64,000 nt of DNA from Mytilus trossulus (lineage: Eukaryota). The position numbers and the translations under genes are program-made. Positions 1 to 11,350 of this stretch are shown piece after piece (positions within the stretch are counted from its first letter, which is position 1; each line of letters opens with the position of its first letter). Below the pieces are notes generated by a model. It had not been told where the DNA came from. It made no database searches and saw only the letters and a program-made list of their open reading frames with translations. The stretch is from positions 39,308,001 to 39,372,000 of the forward strand of contig NC_086380.1 of NCBI RefSeq assembly GCF_036588685.1, read 5' to 3'.

Positions 1-691
1 CGACTCTCACAGACGAACTTAATGTCGCATTAGAGTATGAATAACAACACATCCCCGCAAAAAAGTCCGAAACCCTCTTCAGTCGATGAAAACAAAGTAT
101 TATTAGAAGCTGCCCTACTGGTCAGATTAGAAGACTGTCAGTGTGAACCACAGTACCTTAACACGTCATATTACTTAATTGGTTTCAAAATTGACAGAAC
201 TTTTTGTCTGTTACGATATAAGATTGATTAAATATTTGAATCTGTCATGAATTTGTGTTTTTGTATTGAATAACATCCGATTATGAAGATGTTGAGTTTC
301 TTTGGTCCGTCAACATACAATGATGATGCACATTATTTGTCTGAATTGGTTAGTTCTATTTGAAGCTAAAAATACAATCTGTGTTTATTACTCTTAATAA
401 TAGATCGGGCAAGAGTATCAAGATATACGCTCTTTTTTATAACACAATACTATTTTTCAACCATGCACATACACAGAATATGGTTTCCAAGTTTTCCGTC
501 GAATTTTAATCTTAGTTCTTTTGTGTTACTGCAGTGTTAGTGTGGTATATACATGTATGTAGAACATTTTGAACAAATTGTTTATGGTAGGTTGGAATAT
601 TCAAGACCTATAATTAAGAGAATCTACATCTTTTTCAATTTTACACAAGTTATAAATATTGATAATATCGTCATTTCTCTTTTCGTTTTAG

Positions 692-1260
692 ATATATCCT
701 CAGAATCAACGTCAACTATTGAACGTAGCAGCTTGACATCAATGATTGCACCAACTTCAACACTGACAACATCTCACTTTACTTCTCTTAAATCTACATC
801 AACTGGATCAGAAAACTCAGACACAACTACATTAATGAATATAGAAACTTCTATCTCGCTGACAGATGAACCTGCTGCTTCAACAATTACAGAAACTTCT
901 GCTTTATTTATCACTAACACTTCTTCTCATGTTTCCAAAGAGACTACAAATCATGTGTTATTAACAACCAATGGTTGGATTCCCACTTACAATAGTTGCA
1001 ATTGTCTCTGCTATAATGTGAGTTCTCCCGCTTTCAAAGAAAAACTTGAAGACCTTACCAAGGAAGTTGCAATTAACAAAAAGTTAACATCCTCATATAT
1101 TAATTCAAAAATCAGTATGCGCGATCAGAGAATGTCGAGTAAATTAATAGGAACTGTAGGTGCTTTGTGCATGTGCGTTCCTCTGGTAATGATAGTTATT
1201 TTTGATATAAGTAATTGCTTTGGGACAGAAAGAAAATACATATGCCCACAATATAGATGA
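692..1260 (+). CDS. Terminal coding exon of a Ser/Thr-rich (mucin-like stalk) single-pass membrane protein
   Basis: Acceptor tttcgttttag ends at 691. The exon encodes an S/T-rich stalk, CNCLC, then SKISMRDQRMSS followed by hydrophobic IGTVGALCMCVPLVMIVIF, a juxtamembrane pattern common in bivalve receptors. The ORF start at 553 is probably intronic. Confidence 0.75.
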
Positions 1261-1607
1261 ATTCTTCAAAGAAATATTTCATCGTGAACAACGAAAACAA
1301 ATGTTATTAGCTATGACTTTTTTCAACCTTTTTTGAGTTGTGCGTGACTTGTTGCTTCGCAAAATGCTGATAAGATATTTCATATATGATTTCGAACAAA
1401 GTATACGCTTTTGAAAATTTTTAAAACCGAAGAAATCTGAAACTTCCATCATGAGCGTTATTTTGTCTTTTTGTATTCGACGAACTTTTTTTACAATAAG
1501 GGTCGGTTGAAGTTTTACTAGAAAAGAGATGATTTCAGATTCGAACTTTCCATTTCTATGTAGCATCATTCCAGCAGCACACAGAGTACATATCTGCCAA
1601 TTGATAT

Positions 1608-1642
1608 AGTTTGACTACCTCTGGTATCTTGCGTCTCTCTTT
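1608..1642 (+). repeat. Short 3' tip of the Penelope-like element family
   Basis: agtttgactacctctggtatcttgcgtctctcttt resembles the family 3' end agtttgactgtccctttggtatctttcgtccctctttt. Confidence 0.5.
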
Positions 1643-2677
1643 GATATGTAAGTCAATGGCAAATGTTAATTAGATGTGCTGGATTTTGACCTTTTCTGTA
1701 AATCATATTGCAGCATGGTAAAGCCATTGGATTTATTGTTTTGCGTTGTTAAACATTTGAACTTGAAAATATCAGCCAAAAGTGACATTATGTTAACTGC
1801 AAGTAGCCATGTGTTTTCATTTATAAGTTCATATAACAAAACAAATTTGTGAAAGTACCTATCATTATTATGACATTGGAAGTAATTTTATAAACTGGAG
1901 GAAGCAAAACTTGTCCCTTCTTTCAAGCATAAGTATATGTGTATGCAAACCATATATATATTTGATTAAAGTGTTTTAATAGTAAGCTATTTAAACCCTG
2001 TTTCTGTAAAATGATTTTATTAAATGTTATTATATTACTGTTTGGTTGCAATATATCATGTTTGCATTATTGAAAACTAATCGTAAAAGAGAAGTTTCAA
2101 CTCCTGAAAAAGTTTGCCAACGTTTATTAATTATAAAAGCATTTAAGCAAAAACAACCATTCACTGAACAAACAAGATCCATCCACCTTTTAATTCAATA
2201 TTCGTAATTTCGTTTTTTTTACAATCTAACATGAAACTTGGAACTATTTTTCGGCCAGTTATCGTTTTATTAACTCTTCAATGAAGTGCTCAATGATAAA
2301 ACCAAAACTGCAGAAGGCATAAGTCCAAGGATCAAAAATAAATATTGTGTACGGCCAGTTGGCTATTAAAACCAAAATAGGTCTCAACCATCATTTAAAG
2401 TGGCATAAGCTACGAGATATAATAGATATGTTTATAAAAAAAGGTTTTACTGTAAACCTTTACAAATATATTGATTTGTGCTTATTATTCTTTATCTGTG
2501 CCTCCTGCACTTTATTTTGCATACTTTACTTTTAACTTTGATATGGTATCTTAGTATGCACTGTGTGCTTAAAGTGTGTTATTGTCATGTCTTGTGTATG
2601 TGTGTATATATTTTGTTATTTGGTCGATTAAAAAAGCTCACAAGAGAAAGTGTGTATTTAATTTATTGAAAAACAAC

Positions 2678-3095
2678 TTTTTTAATTACGGGACTTTGCA
2701 ACGAAAACAGGGAGTGTTTTTTCACATGTCGCTCCGTACATATCTATTGCTTTAATCTTTAAGCACTTCTAAAATTCATTAATCTAAAGCTTGTATACTT
2801 TTTGGTGATGATTCAAAATTTTTAAAAAAGGGGGGGGGAGTCACATGCATATGTCGCACCGTACAAACAATAAATGAGTATTGCTTAAAACTTTTCACAC
2901 TTATAATGTTATATTGGTTTAAAGATTTGATATTTTTGGTGATTATTAAAATTTCATTTTAGAATTATTGAGTTTTTTTTGTAAAATAAAGGGGGTTAGT
3001 TTTCACACGTCGCTTAGAAACTATTTATAATCATTGCATAAAACTTCACACAAAACAACGGGCGTATCATGCGCTCGTGGCGCAGCTGTTTATTG
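2678..3095 (+). mobile_element. Non-autonomous Helentron/HINE-like repeat
   Basis: Degenerate ~140-bp internal repeats (cacatgtcgc.ccgtac at ~2723, 2850, 3004). The 3' end has the short hairpin tgcgc-tcgtg-gcgca followed by a T-rich tail. Confidence 0.5.
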
Positions 3096-4537
3096 CTTAA
3101 TTTACATAACATACTCTTTTTTCAATACAAAATTAAGGTTAGGCTTCGGTCAGCAAAAATACACATATTTTTAATGAAATATTCTAAAATATGTTTATCC
3201 TTGATAATATAGGCACATTACAAATATTAGAAATGTTTGAATACAACCACCTTAGGAAATCCACTTTAATTAAACATTTTAACGTATTTCCTTTTTTTTT
3301 TTCCTCTTCTTTATAAGATTTGCCAATAACAGTAATATTTAATTAATCAGACCACAAAAATATACTGGGTTCTCATGCCCAGTACTTTTTAATAAAGTCT
3401 CCACTAAACTCTATATTGTATGTTAAAATTCGGCGTAACACAATATTATTTTTATTTCGTACCACGCTACTTTACAAAAGTCTCTACTAAAGTGTCGAAG
3501 ATTTTTATTATTTTTTTATTATCGGCATTAATCATGATATTGATTTTAATGCAACTTAACCGAGCCGTTGTGTGCTTGACAAAAATGTAAAAGTCACTTT
3601 ACTATTATGACTGTTTATTAACATGACTACAGTGGAACCAGATGACTTTTATTCCTTGCCAAAAACTCACATACGAGCAAAGTGGTGTTGCCAATGTAAA
3701 TGCTTTTTTGTTCCGACGTTGGAAAGTTCCGAGCGGAAAGAACTAACTAGTCAAAAAGTTCGGTAGCAACTTATTAACTAGTTACTTTGTTATTCCTCTG
3801 ATTTAAAAGTTCTACCGGAACAAAGTGACTAGTTGAAAAAGTCCTTTATACAAAATTAGTCGAAAGCGCAACTAACAAACTAGCATGAAAGTTCCAACGG
3901 AACTTATCAACCAGGCAGAATTTCATTTGGAGAATTGATGCAAAGTAAAAGCGCAACATATTATCTTTGAACCTTTCAAAGGGAAACCAAGATACTGATT
4001 ACAACTAGCCACAAAGTTCCACTTTGGCAAATAAGTCAAAACCGGAACTAACAAACTAGCCCAAAAGTTCCAACTGACGTTGATTGTGATGCAAATGTTG
4101 ATGACGACGATGAGGATGACGATAATGATGATCATGATGTTGAGGATGATATTGATTATATGGATGCACATGACAAAGATGAGGAAGATGGTGTTTCAAA
4201 ACTCAGGACACGTTTCAATTCCAAGAAGATGATGAAAGTCAAACAGATCTAGAATTGAACGAAGTTGCGCAATTTTTGCTTGAGTTGCAACCTGGTCCAT
4301 CTAGACCAAAATGAAAAAGAAATGTTAGAAAGAACAGCATGCATGAATATTTCTGAAAATGTTTTGACTTGTTTACTTGTGTTGAATCTGATATTAATTC
4401 AACCTTTTCAAAAATTTCGAAATTTGGGTATAAAATTGTGTGAAGAAATGTTGGCATAGGTTGAATAATTTGTTACAGCTTAAAGTGTTATAAAACGTAA
4501 ATTAATTAGGGGCTAATCAATCTACAACCAGTATAAT

Positions 4538-4661
4538 CATAGGCGGATCCAGGGGGTGATTGGTTGATTATATAGGGAATCACTGAAGCATGACTGGAGT
4601 GCCCAACCTTTCTAGATCAGTCAGCGAGCTCCCCTTAGGAAAAGTTCTGGATCCGCCATTG
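4538..4661. mobile_element. Small MITE with GGCGGATCCAG terminal inverted repeats
   Basis: ggcggatccag at 4542-4552 and ctggatccgcc at 4647-4657. No clear TSD. Confidence 0.65.
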
Positions 4662-4692
4662 ATAAACCTAGCGTTAAAGTAAACTCAAGTCA

Positions 4693-4942
4693 GAAGCCTC
4701 TAGCCTTTGATAGTCTTGTATTATTTTAATTTTAGTTTCTTGTGTACAATTTGGAAATTAGTATGGCGTTTATTATCACTGAACTAGTATATATTTGTTT
4801 AGGGGCCAGCTGAGGGACGACTGCGGGTGCGGAAATTTCTCGCTACATTGAAGACCTGTTAGTGACCTTCTGCTGCTGTTTTTTTCAACGGTCGGGTTGT
4901 TGTCTCTTTGACACATTCCCCATTTCCATTCTCAATTTCACT
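4693..4942 (+). repeat. Interspersed repeat; inverted, longer copy at 48630-49310
   Basis: The reverse complement matches 48630-48860 closely (e.g. ctacattgaagacctg, gttgttgtctctttgacacattcc). Confidence 0.8.
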
Positions 4943-5198
4943 ATACAATTTCTTTTAAAAGCAAGACTAAGTGAAAATGTAGGTAATTTTGTGTGTTCAG
5001 GATCTCTATTTCAGAGAGGAAATAGTTAAAAATTGATATAATGAAATAATGAGGAGAAAAGGATTTGACGAATTTTTTTTAAGGAACACTCATCTAGTCA
5101 TATTAAATACCTTTCAGTGACATTCTCGTGAATAAAATAGAATTATCTATTCTAAACACATACAGAGATAAGTACAAATTTCACTGATATGATTGTCT

Positions 5199-5850
5199 TA
5201 AAAGAGGGACGAAAGATACCAAAGGGACAGTCAAACACATAAATCTAAAACAAACTGACAACGCCATGGCTAAAAATGAAAAAGACAAACAGAAAAACAA
5301 TAGTACACATGACACAACATAGAAAACTAAAGAATAAACACGAACCCCACCAAAAACTAGGGGTGATCTCAGGTGCTCCGGAAGGGTAAGCAGATCCTGA
5401 TCCACATCGGCACCCGTCGTGTTGCTTATGTGATTACAAATCCGGTAAATAGTCTAATTCGGTAGGTCAAATTCATGAAAGGGAAGGGGATTGTAGTTAC
5501 GACGTAAGGAACATATCCGATATCATTTGTGAAACGGTTATGCCATAACGGTCAACCAACTCGTGATGGCGTCCGTAAAATTTACGAAGGGATGATTTCA
5601 ACTTCACCATTTGGAACTCTTGGTTTAATAGCTTCCTTGTGAGTAGTAACCCTCTATCAAGAAAATCATGATAGGAAATGCAAGCACGGGAATATCGTAT
5701 CAATTGGGAGATATATACCCCGTATGCAGGTGCTGCTTGAATGTTGCTACTTAGAAATGGAAAGTTCACAATTGGAAAGCTGAAATCATCTCTTTTGTCG
5801 TAAAGTTTTGTCTTCAACCGACCCTCATTGTCAATTTCTAGATGTAAGTC
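5199..5850 (-). mobile_element. 5'-truncated Penelope-like retroelement (RT C-terminus plus 3' UTR; Naiad/Hydra-type)
   Basis: KTKLYDKRDDFSFPIVNFPFLSSNI..PAYGVYISQLIRYSRAC is a PLE RT C-terminal motif. A stop follows with no C-terminal GIY-YIG domain. Flanking direct repeat gtcttaaaag at 5195-5204 and 5848-5857. Confidence 0.8.
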
Positions 5851-5999
5851 TTAAAAGTCACACTATAAGATATGATGCTGCATCTGCACAATTAATTGGT
5901 GTCATGCTATCCTTGGGTCTCTTGTGTCAGATTCTCACAAAACTATCTCAGGAGTAAGACATGTCTTAGGACGGTTTTAAGGCATTTTCTAGTCCTTAA

Positions 6000-6736
6000 G
6001 TTTGTGTACCCTTCTGTAGCCATTTTTGTACGAATTTTTCAAACCTCAATTGTATCAAAACTGCAGATATAATGAATAGTATAGATAGGCCATTTATTAC
6101 ATATTCCAAGAGGAAACTTGATGCAAAGCATTATTTTTTAACTGTTTCATTGCATTTTACAGAAAAAGAGGACTTTGTGCGAAGTAAATCAAGATTTTTG
6201 TAGAAAATCCACAGCCTTAAATACAGAGATTTTTGTTTTAAATTTTGAAACATAAATTACTCACTTGATTTTCTATGATGTGCTAGTGTTTATTTTTTAC
6301 AAAAAGTTCTAAGCAACCTGTAAATTCCAAAATACCTCGTGCTGAGTCACTAAAGTCGAGCGCATCCTAAAAGGTGTACTTGATTTTGACCATATTTATA
6401 TTTGTTTTAGCCAATAACTAGATTTATAAACTTGTTTTAAGGAAATCAATGCTAGCACTGCATACAATAATCCTATATCTATCAGTCATCAAATTGCCAA
6501 ATATGAGAGTACAAGGATAAAGGCTGTGGATTTTCTATAACAATCTTGATTTATTTGCCACTAAGTCCTCTTTTCTATTAAATGCAATGGAACAGTAAAA
6601 ATAATTCTTTCCAACAAGTTTCCGCTTGGAATATGTACAAAATGGTCTATCTCTATTATTCATTATATCTGTAGTTTTGATACAATTGAAGTTTGAAAAG
6701 TTCGTACAAAAATGGCTATAGAAAGGCTCATAAACC
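6000..6736. mobile_element. MITE with ~220-bp imperfect TIRs and TTAA TSD (Kolobok/piggyBac-type)
   Basis: TTAA at 5996-5999 and 6737-6740. 6000-6220 is the reverse complement of ~6520-6736 (tagccattt..tgtacgaa, caattgtatcaaaact, aaaatccacagcctt). Confidence 0.8.
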
Positions 6737-7514
6737 TTAATGGTTTTCACAAAATGGTCCTTAATTTGGATATCTTTAAAAGGTGGATACAAAGTAATGA
6801 CTAGATTAAAGTTTGTTAAAATCAATTTCACTCATTTTCTATTTCAATTTTGCAAATTATTTTATTATTATCTAATTATCAATGGAGTTTCAAATTAGAG
6901 GCACACAACGTTAACCATTAATCTTGATTGTAATTAAATATATGACACAATATAAGTTTCTGACACAGCATAACTGAAGTCAAAGAACTTAGAATTTGTT
7001 ATATGATTTGAATTTATATTTATTTTATTGCTATTGTGCAATACGCCATGCCGTTGCCTTTGTTGTTTCCTCCCTTTGATGTCCTTAATTCCTCAGCAAT
7101 TTGATTCTTAACCCCCAACGCCAATCTTAACTATCCCTTTCTGATATGGAACATTATGGTAAAATGTCAGAGCCATACATGCACTGTTCTACATCTGTGG
7201 TCAGTTTATTGGGAAAAGTGACATATAAATTACAAGGACTTTAAACTGTAAAGCTTATCAATGTTTTGGTTTTTTTATGTTTTGTTTTTGCGATTGTTTA
7301 ATAAATGGTGCAGTGTCACACTGGAAAGTTGCTGCCTTTAAATATGAACCAAAAAAAACATATTTGATTTTTTTATATTTATATAATTTTTTTTATTGTT
7401 GAAGTATGTTATATTTCAATATTTCGTTGCACGGTTTTCTTCATATTAAATACAACAAAATAATGGAAAAAAATATTATTAAACAATTTATAAATTTCCT
7501 GTTTACAAAAACAT

Positions 7515-7737
7515 TGAATTTTACGAAAAACTAAGGATTTACTTATCACAGGCATAGATTTCCTTCGGCGTATTTGGCTCAACTTTTTGGAATTTTAGAT
7601 CCTCAATACTCTTTAACTTTTTACTTGTTTGGCTTTATAAATATTTTGATATGAGCGTCACTGATAGGTCTTACATGTATGTAGACGAAACGCGCGTCTG
7701 GCGTACTAAATTAGAATTAGGTACCTTTGATAACTAT
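7515..7737 (+). mobile_element. Retrozyme-like repeat with a mutated type I hammerhead ribozyme at 7655-7704
   Basis: gcgtca-CTGATAG-gtct..agac-GAAA-cgcgcg-TC-tggcgt. The CUGAUGA core is altered to CUGAUAG. Confidence 0.8.
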
Positions 7738-7939
7738 ATTATTTTCATGATCTAGGTTAGGGTAATCTTTAAATAATTGCTCGTACCAAATGTTTTGATA
7801 TTTTCCTTTAAGTAATTGATAGATTAATTTTTTATTAGGTGTTGTCTTATTAATTGTTTTACTAGCAGTGATGCTAAACAAACTGAATAAAACATGAATG
7901 CAGCCAATCCAGGAAGATTTATGGTTTTGGTGGAGACTA

Positions 7940-8255
7940 CTAATTATGGATTTCTCTAAAGCATTCGACAAGGCAAATCACAGTCTTCTCAATCATAGGT
8001 CAATAGGTAGGTAGCTATCTTCCTATTCCATCGGACACAAGCAGAAGTAGTGGATGGAAAGAGCTCATCGCATATTGATTTATAATATGGGGTACCCCAA
8101 GGCTCAGTCATTGAACCTTCGCTATTCTTGTTTTACATCAACGACATGCCTGATGGAGTAAAATTCATTATCCACCTATTTGCTGATGACACAATAGCAT
8201 ACTTACAATATCTAACGACAAAGATTCGAACTGCAACTTAATCTAGAAAACAGCT
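7940..8255 (+). pseudogene. Degraded non-LTR (CR1/L2-like) reverse transcriptase fragment
   Basis: MDFSKAFDK, GVPQGSVIEPSLFLFYINDMP and LFADDT motifs, with frameshifts. Confidence 0.85.
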
Positions 8256-8624
8256 AATTTTTGGATATTCATATTTATTTTGACAAGTTTCAAGAATGTG
8301 TTTGCTATGTTATAAGTCGAGCGGGGATATTGGGTGGTCCTTCAAAACGACGGGTGAATAAAATAGCATAACTACTAGTACCCTTTTGATCTCCCCTCTT
8401 AATCGTGTTGTATGTATTAACAATACATGTTTAAATAATCTTTATTGCAAAAATTACACCCATAAGAGTCAAGCAATACAAACAAGCAATTAAACATTTT
8501 AAATACAATATAATAGACCATATTTTAAGAGTTCAAATTATAAATTGATGTATAAAACACAATCATGAGCTTGTCTGACATGGTCCTGACTCCCTCAGTT
8601 CCAAAGACTGCTTAATAAAGACTC

Positions 8625-9125
8625 CAATATTCTGAGAATGAAGGAATTCAAAAGGCAAAGACGACACGCAAAGCTAGTGTACGATAAACTCCTGGTAGAT
8701 GGTGAAGTATACAACCCTGATGCCCATCGTGACCCCCCGCCTACAATTCCAGGTCAACCGTTACCCAATAATGATGGAGATTATTAGGACAACGCATCAG
8801 ATATTGATTACGGTCATTTAACTGACATTCATAATACCTTTAAAAAAAATACATTTTTAAATGTATGTGGTATCAAATCAAAACTTTTAAATCCAGATTT
8901 TGATGTATTGGTTTAAAATTATGATGTTCTGATATTTGTTAAAAGTAAAATTGATGAGTTTGACGAGTTAAAATTATCAGATGGTTACAGCTACTTTGAA
9001 AAAAAATCAAAAAAAATTGTGAAAAAAATCAGGGGGTAAAGTCGTTGTATTTAAAAAATCACTTTCTGACTGCCTGAAACTTTTGAAGTCAGACTCAGAA
9101 TTTGTTCAGTGGGTGGAATTGTCAT
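8625..9125 (+). pseudogene. LINE fragment: ORF1 C-terminus plus start of the APE endonuclease
   Basis: KLVYDKLLVDGEVY (ORF1 tail), then FLNVCGIKSKL..YDVLIFVKSK..KKSGG..FVQWVEL, with stops and frameshifts. Confidence 0.65.
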
Positions 9126-9259
9126 TAAATTGTACTAAAAATTTGCAAGTAAAAGAAAAGATAACCCACATGTACAGGGGCCGGTAACAAGAAACAAACT
9201 TATCGACTTAGGGCTGTACCAAGAACAATTCGCAATAGCTTCTCTTGATATTTTGTGTA

Positions 9260-9430
9260 AGAGTGTTCCGGACTACTCTGGATTTTATGACAGACCAACA
9301 AATAATAATTTTTTATCGTCTTGACAGACAGAGTATAAACGCTTTATGTGGGGAGCTTCAACTTGTTTTAGAAAAAACCAACAAGAAGGTCGCAATCTCT
9401 ACCGGTGTCTCTTCAAGTTATGATAGCGTT
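9260..9430 (+). pseudogene. PIF/Harbinger (HARBI1-like) transposase N-terminal fragment
   Basis: RVFRTTLDFMTDQQ..YRLDRQSINALCGELQLVLE, then after a frameshift PTRRSQSLPVSLQVMIA. Confidence 0.7.
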
Positions 9431-9739
9431 TACACGCCTGGTAAACCATCTAATCTCAACCAAATGGGTGAGACGAAAATCAGTATTCTTGCACTTCCTG
9501 TTGAGCCTTTCTAGTTCAAAATATCCAAAATAAACACAGGGTAGGTCGACTTTTCGTCAATAAACTGAAAATCGACGAGTTTTTTTGTAAAATAGTAGAA
9601 TGTCATGCTATAGATAATTGAATTAGGATTTGTTTCGTGTATAACACAGACCAATATGATTTAAAATGACATCGGAATGACTTTTCTCCTGCAGGTAAAT
9701 GTGGCCAATGCACAGGGGTCGAATAGTTGTTCACTGTTC

Positions 9740-10720
9740 CTGTTATAGGCTCTAGTGGCGAGAGTCAATACTCTTTCCGACCACTCCTCCAAGGTATCCC
9801 TTTCTCTTTGGGCAATGGTCTAGAACTGAACCTGTGAGGTTTCTGGCAGTTCTTGATGACCAAATCTCTTATTCATATTGGATATGATATCAGAAAAACT
9901 TGCTGTTTTATTTTTTTCTAAGAGTAAGGTGTAATACTCACTGGCTGCATCATCTAAACACCAGCAGAGCTGTTCTCCCTTTTGTTCATCTGTCCACTCA
10001 GCGATTTTAGCATAACCAGAAAACTTGGTATAAAAGGCTTTCCAGTTGCCCTTCCCACTATAGCGGAGCATTTTCGGGATCGAGGACAGAAATTGTCTTT
10101 TCTCTATTTTGAACTTTTTTTACTTTCCTGACTGCTTTCAGAACTTTTCCCATCTGTGTTAGATTCTGTTTGAGAGTCACTAGACCCTCTAGGACTTGAA
10201 CGACTAGGGTGTAATAGAAAACTCCTTACACTTCTTAACAGTGAGAAATCACGCTGTTGATTCTCACGAGGTCTGTTGTACTCAGGTTCTGACCTTCGCT
10301 TTATTCTGGTCTGGCGGTATGCTGAAACATATGACGTGTCAGAATCACCTGTATATTTATGTCTATGATAACTTCTTTGTTGTCTTCCATAGTGATCACT
10401 ATTATATTCCTTCTGTCTTGCTGAAGGTTGAGTATAATGTAGCTGAGATGCTCCTGATGGTGGAGGTTGCTGCTGTGTGCCAGGTATAGGTAACTGAGGC
10501 ACATGTAATGTTTGTGACTGACCCACACTTGGGTACGTTAAACCAGTTAGTATTAGTGGTTGTAAGGTGATACATTTGTTGGTGCTTGTGGCGGTGGTTC
10601 ACCTCTAGAAGGTTGAAACATAGAAGTTGGTTGACCAATCATCTTATGTTGTTGAATTCTTGTTACAAAATTTGGTGGTTGAAACCTAGGTTCTGGATAC
10701 TTAGGTTGTTTAACAATGGC
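9740..10720 (-). pseudogene. Ty3/Gypsy-like gag remnant
   Basis: PKMLRYSGKGNWKAFYTKF..W..LCWCLDDAASEYY..KRFG..PETSQVQF*TIAQRE..LEEWSERVLTLATRAY. It is preceded by a low-complexity P/Q/S-rich region and contains stops and frameshifts. Confidence 0.7.
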
Positions 10721-10854
10721 ACAAACCTGTTGATATGAATAAAATTCCAAGATGCACATCTGCATTGATCACATATATCATATATATGCATTGTAAACAC
10801 ATGACACATTCCATTTAGATTTTTTTAAATAATTATTTTTAGTGTACATGTATG

Positions 10855-11313
10855 TCATTTGAATGAAACCAAACATGGAATGAATGTTCCTTATGAGATG
10901 CTGACTACATGTTGTTACTTTGTATCCGCTCCATCATTCACAATGGCAACCAGCTGGGCAGCAGGGGCCTTAGTTTAACATATGACCCTCAGGGAAAAAC
11001 ATAAAAAAAGTTGTCTTTTAGAGAACCACTGAATGGAATTAGACTTAACATAGCATGAATGAGATGGTGACTAAGTGTTGTTACTTTGTTGCCGATCGAT
11101 CATCCAATATGGAAGTCGGTGGGGGGCTTAGTTCAACATAAGACACTATGAGAAATACATGCAAATGTTTTCTTTTCCAGAACCACTGAATTGAAAGAAA
11201 TTTTAAACTAGATCTCAATCATTATTTAAGTGTCTGCTATATTTTTTTTTATATGATTTCAAAAACACAAATATAGTCAGGTGAGCGACACAGGCTCTTG
11301 AGAGCCTCTAGTT
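10855..11313 (+). mobile_element. Helentron/HINE-like non-autonomous element (3' part)
   Basis: Two to three degenerate ~175-bp core repeats. The end is caggtgagcg, then the hairpin aggctc-ttga-gagcct, then ctagtt. Confidence 0.7.
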
Positions 11314-11350
11314 AGTTTTCCTTTTTTTTAGTTTTCCTTTTTATTTTTAG

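Noticed and set aside
1279-1569. 96-aa basic ORF on the minus strand
   Set aside because: It has no recognisable domain or splice support and overlaps the likely 3' UTR of the + strand gene.
5181-5405. Repeated hydrophobic ORF DLLTLPEHLRSPLVFGG (also 38721, 55768)
   Set aside because: It is the PLE 3' UTR. Conservation reflects recent copies, and the starts and stops differ between them.
5430-5485. SECIS element in the PLE 3' UTR (ATGA..AA..GA on the minus strand)
   Set aside because: I could not build a convincing helix II by eye, and no in-frame TGA is visible in the retained ORF.
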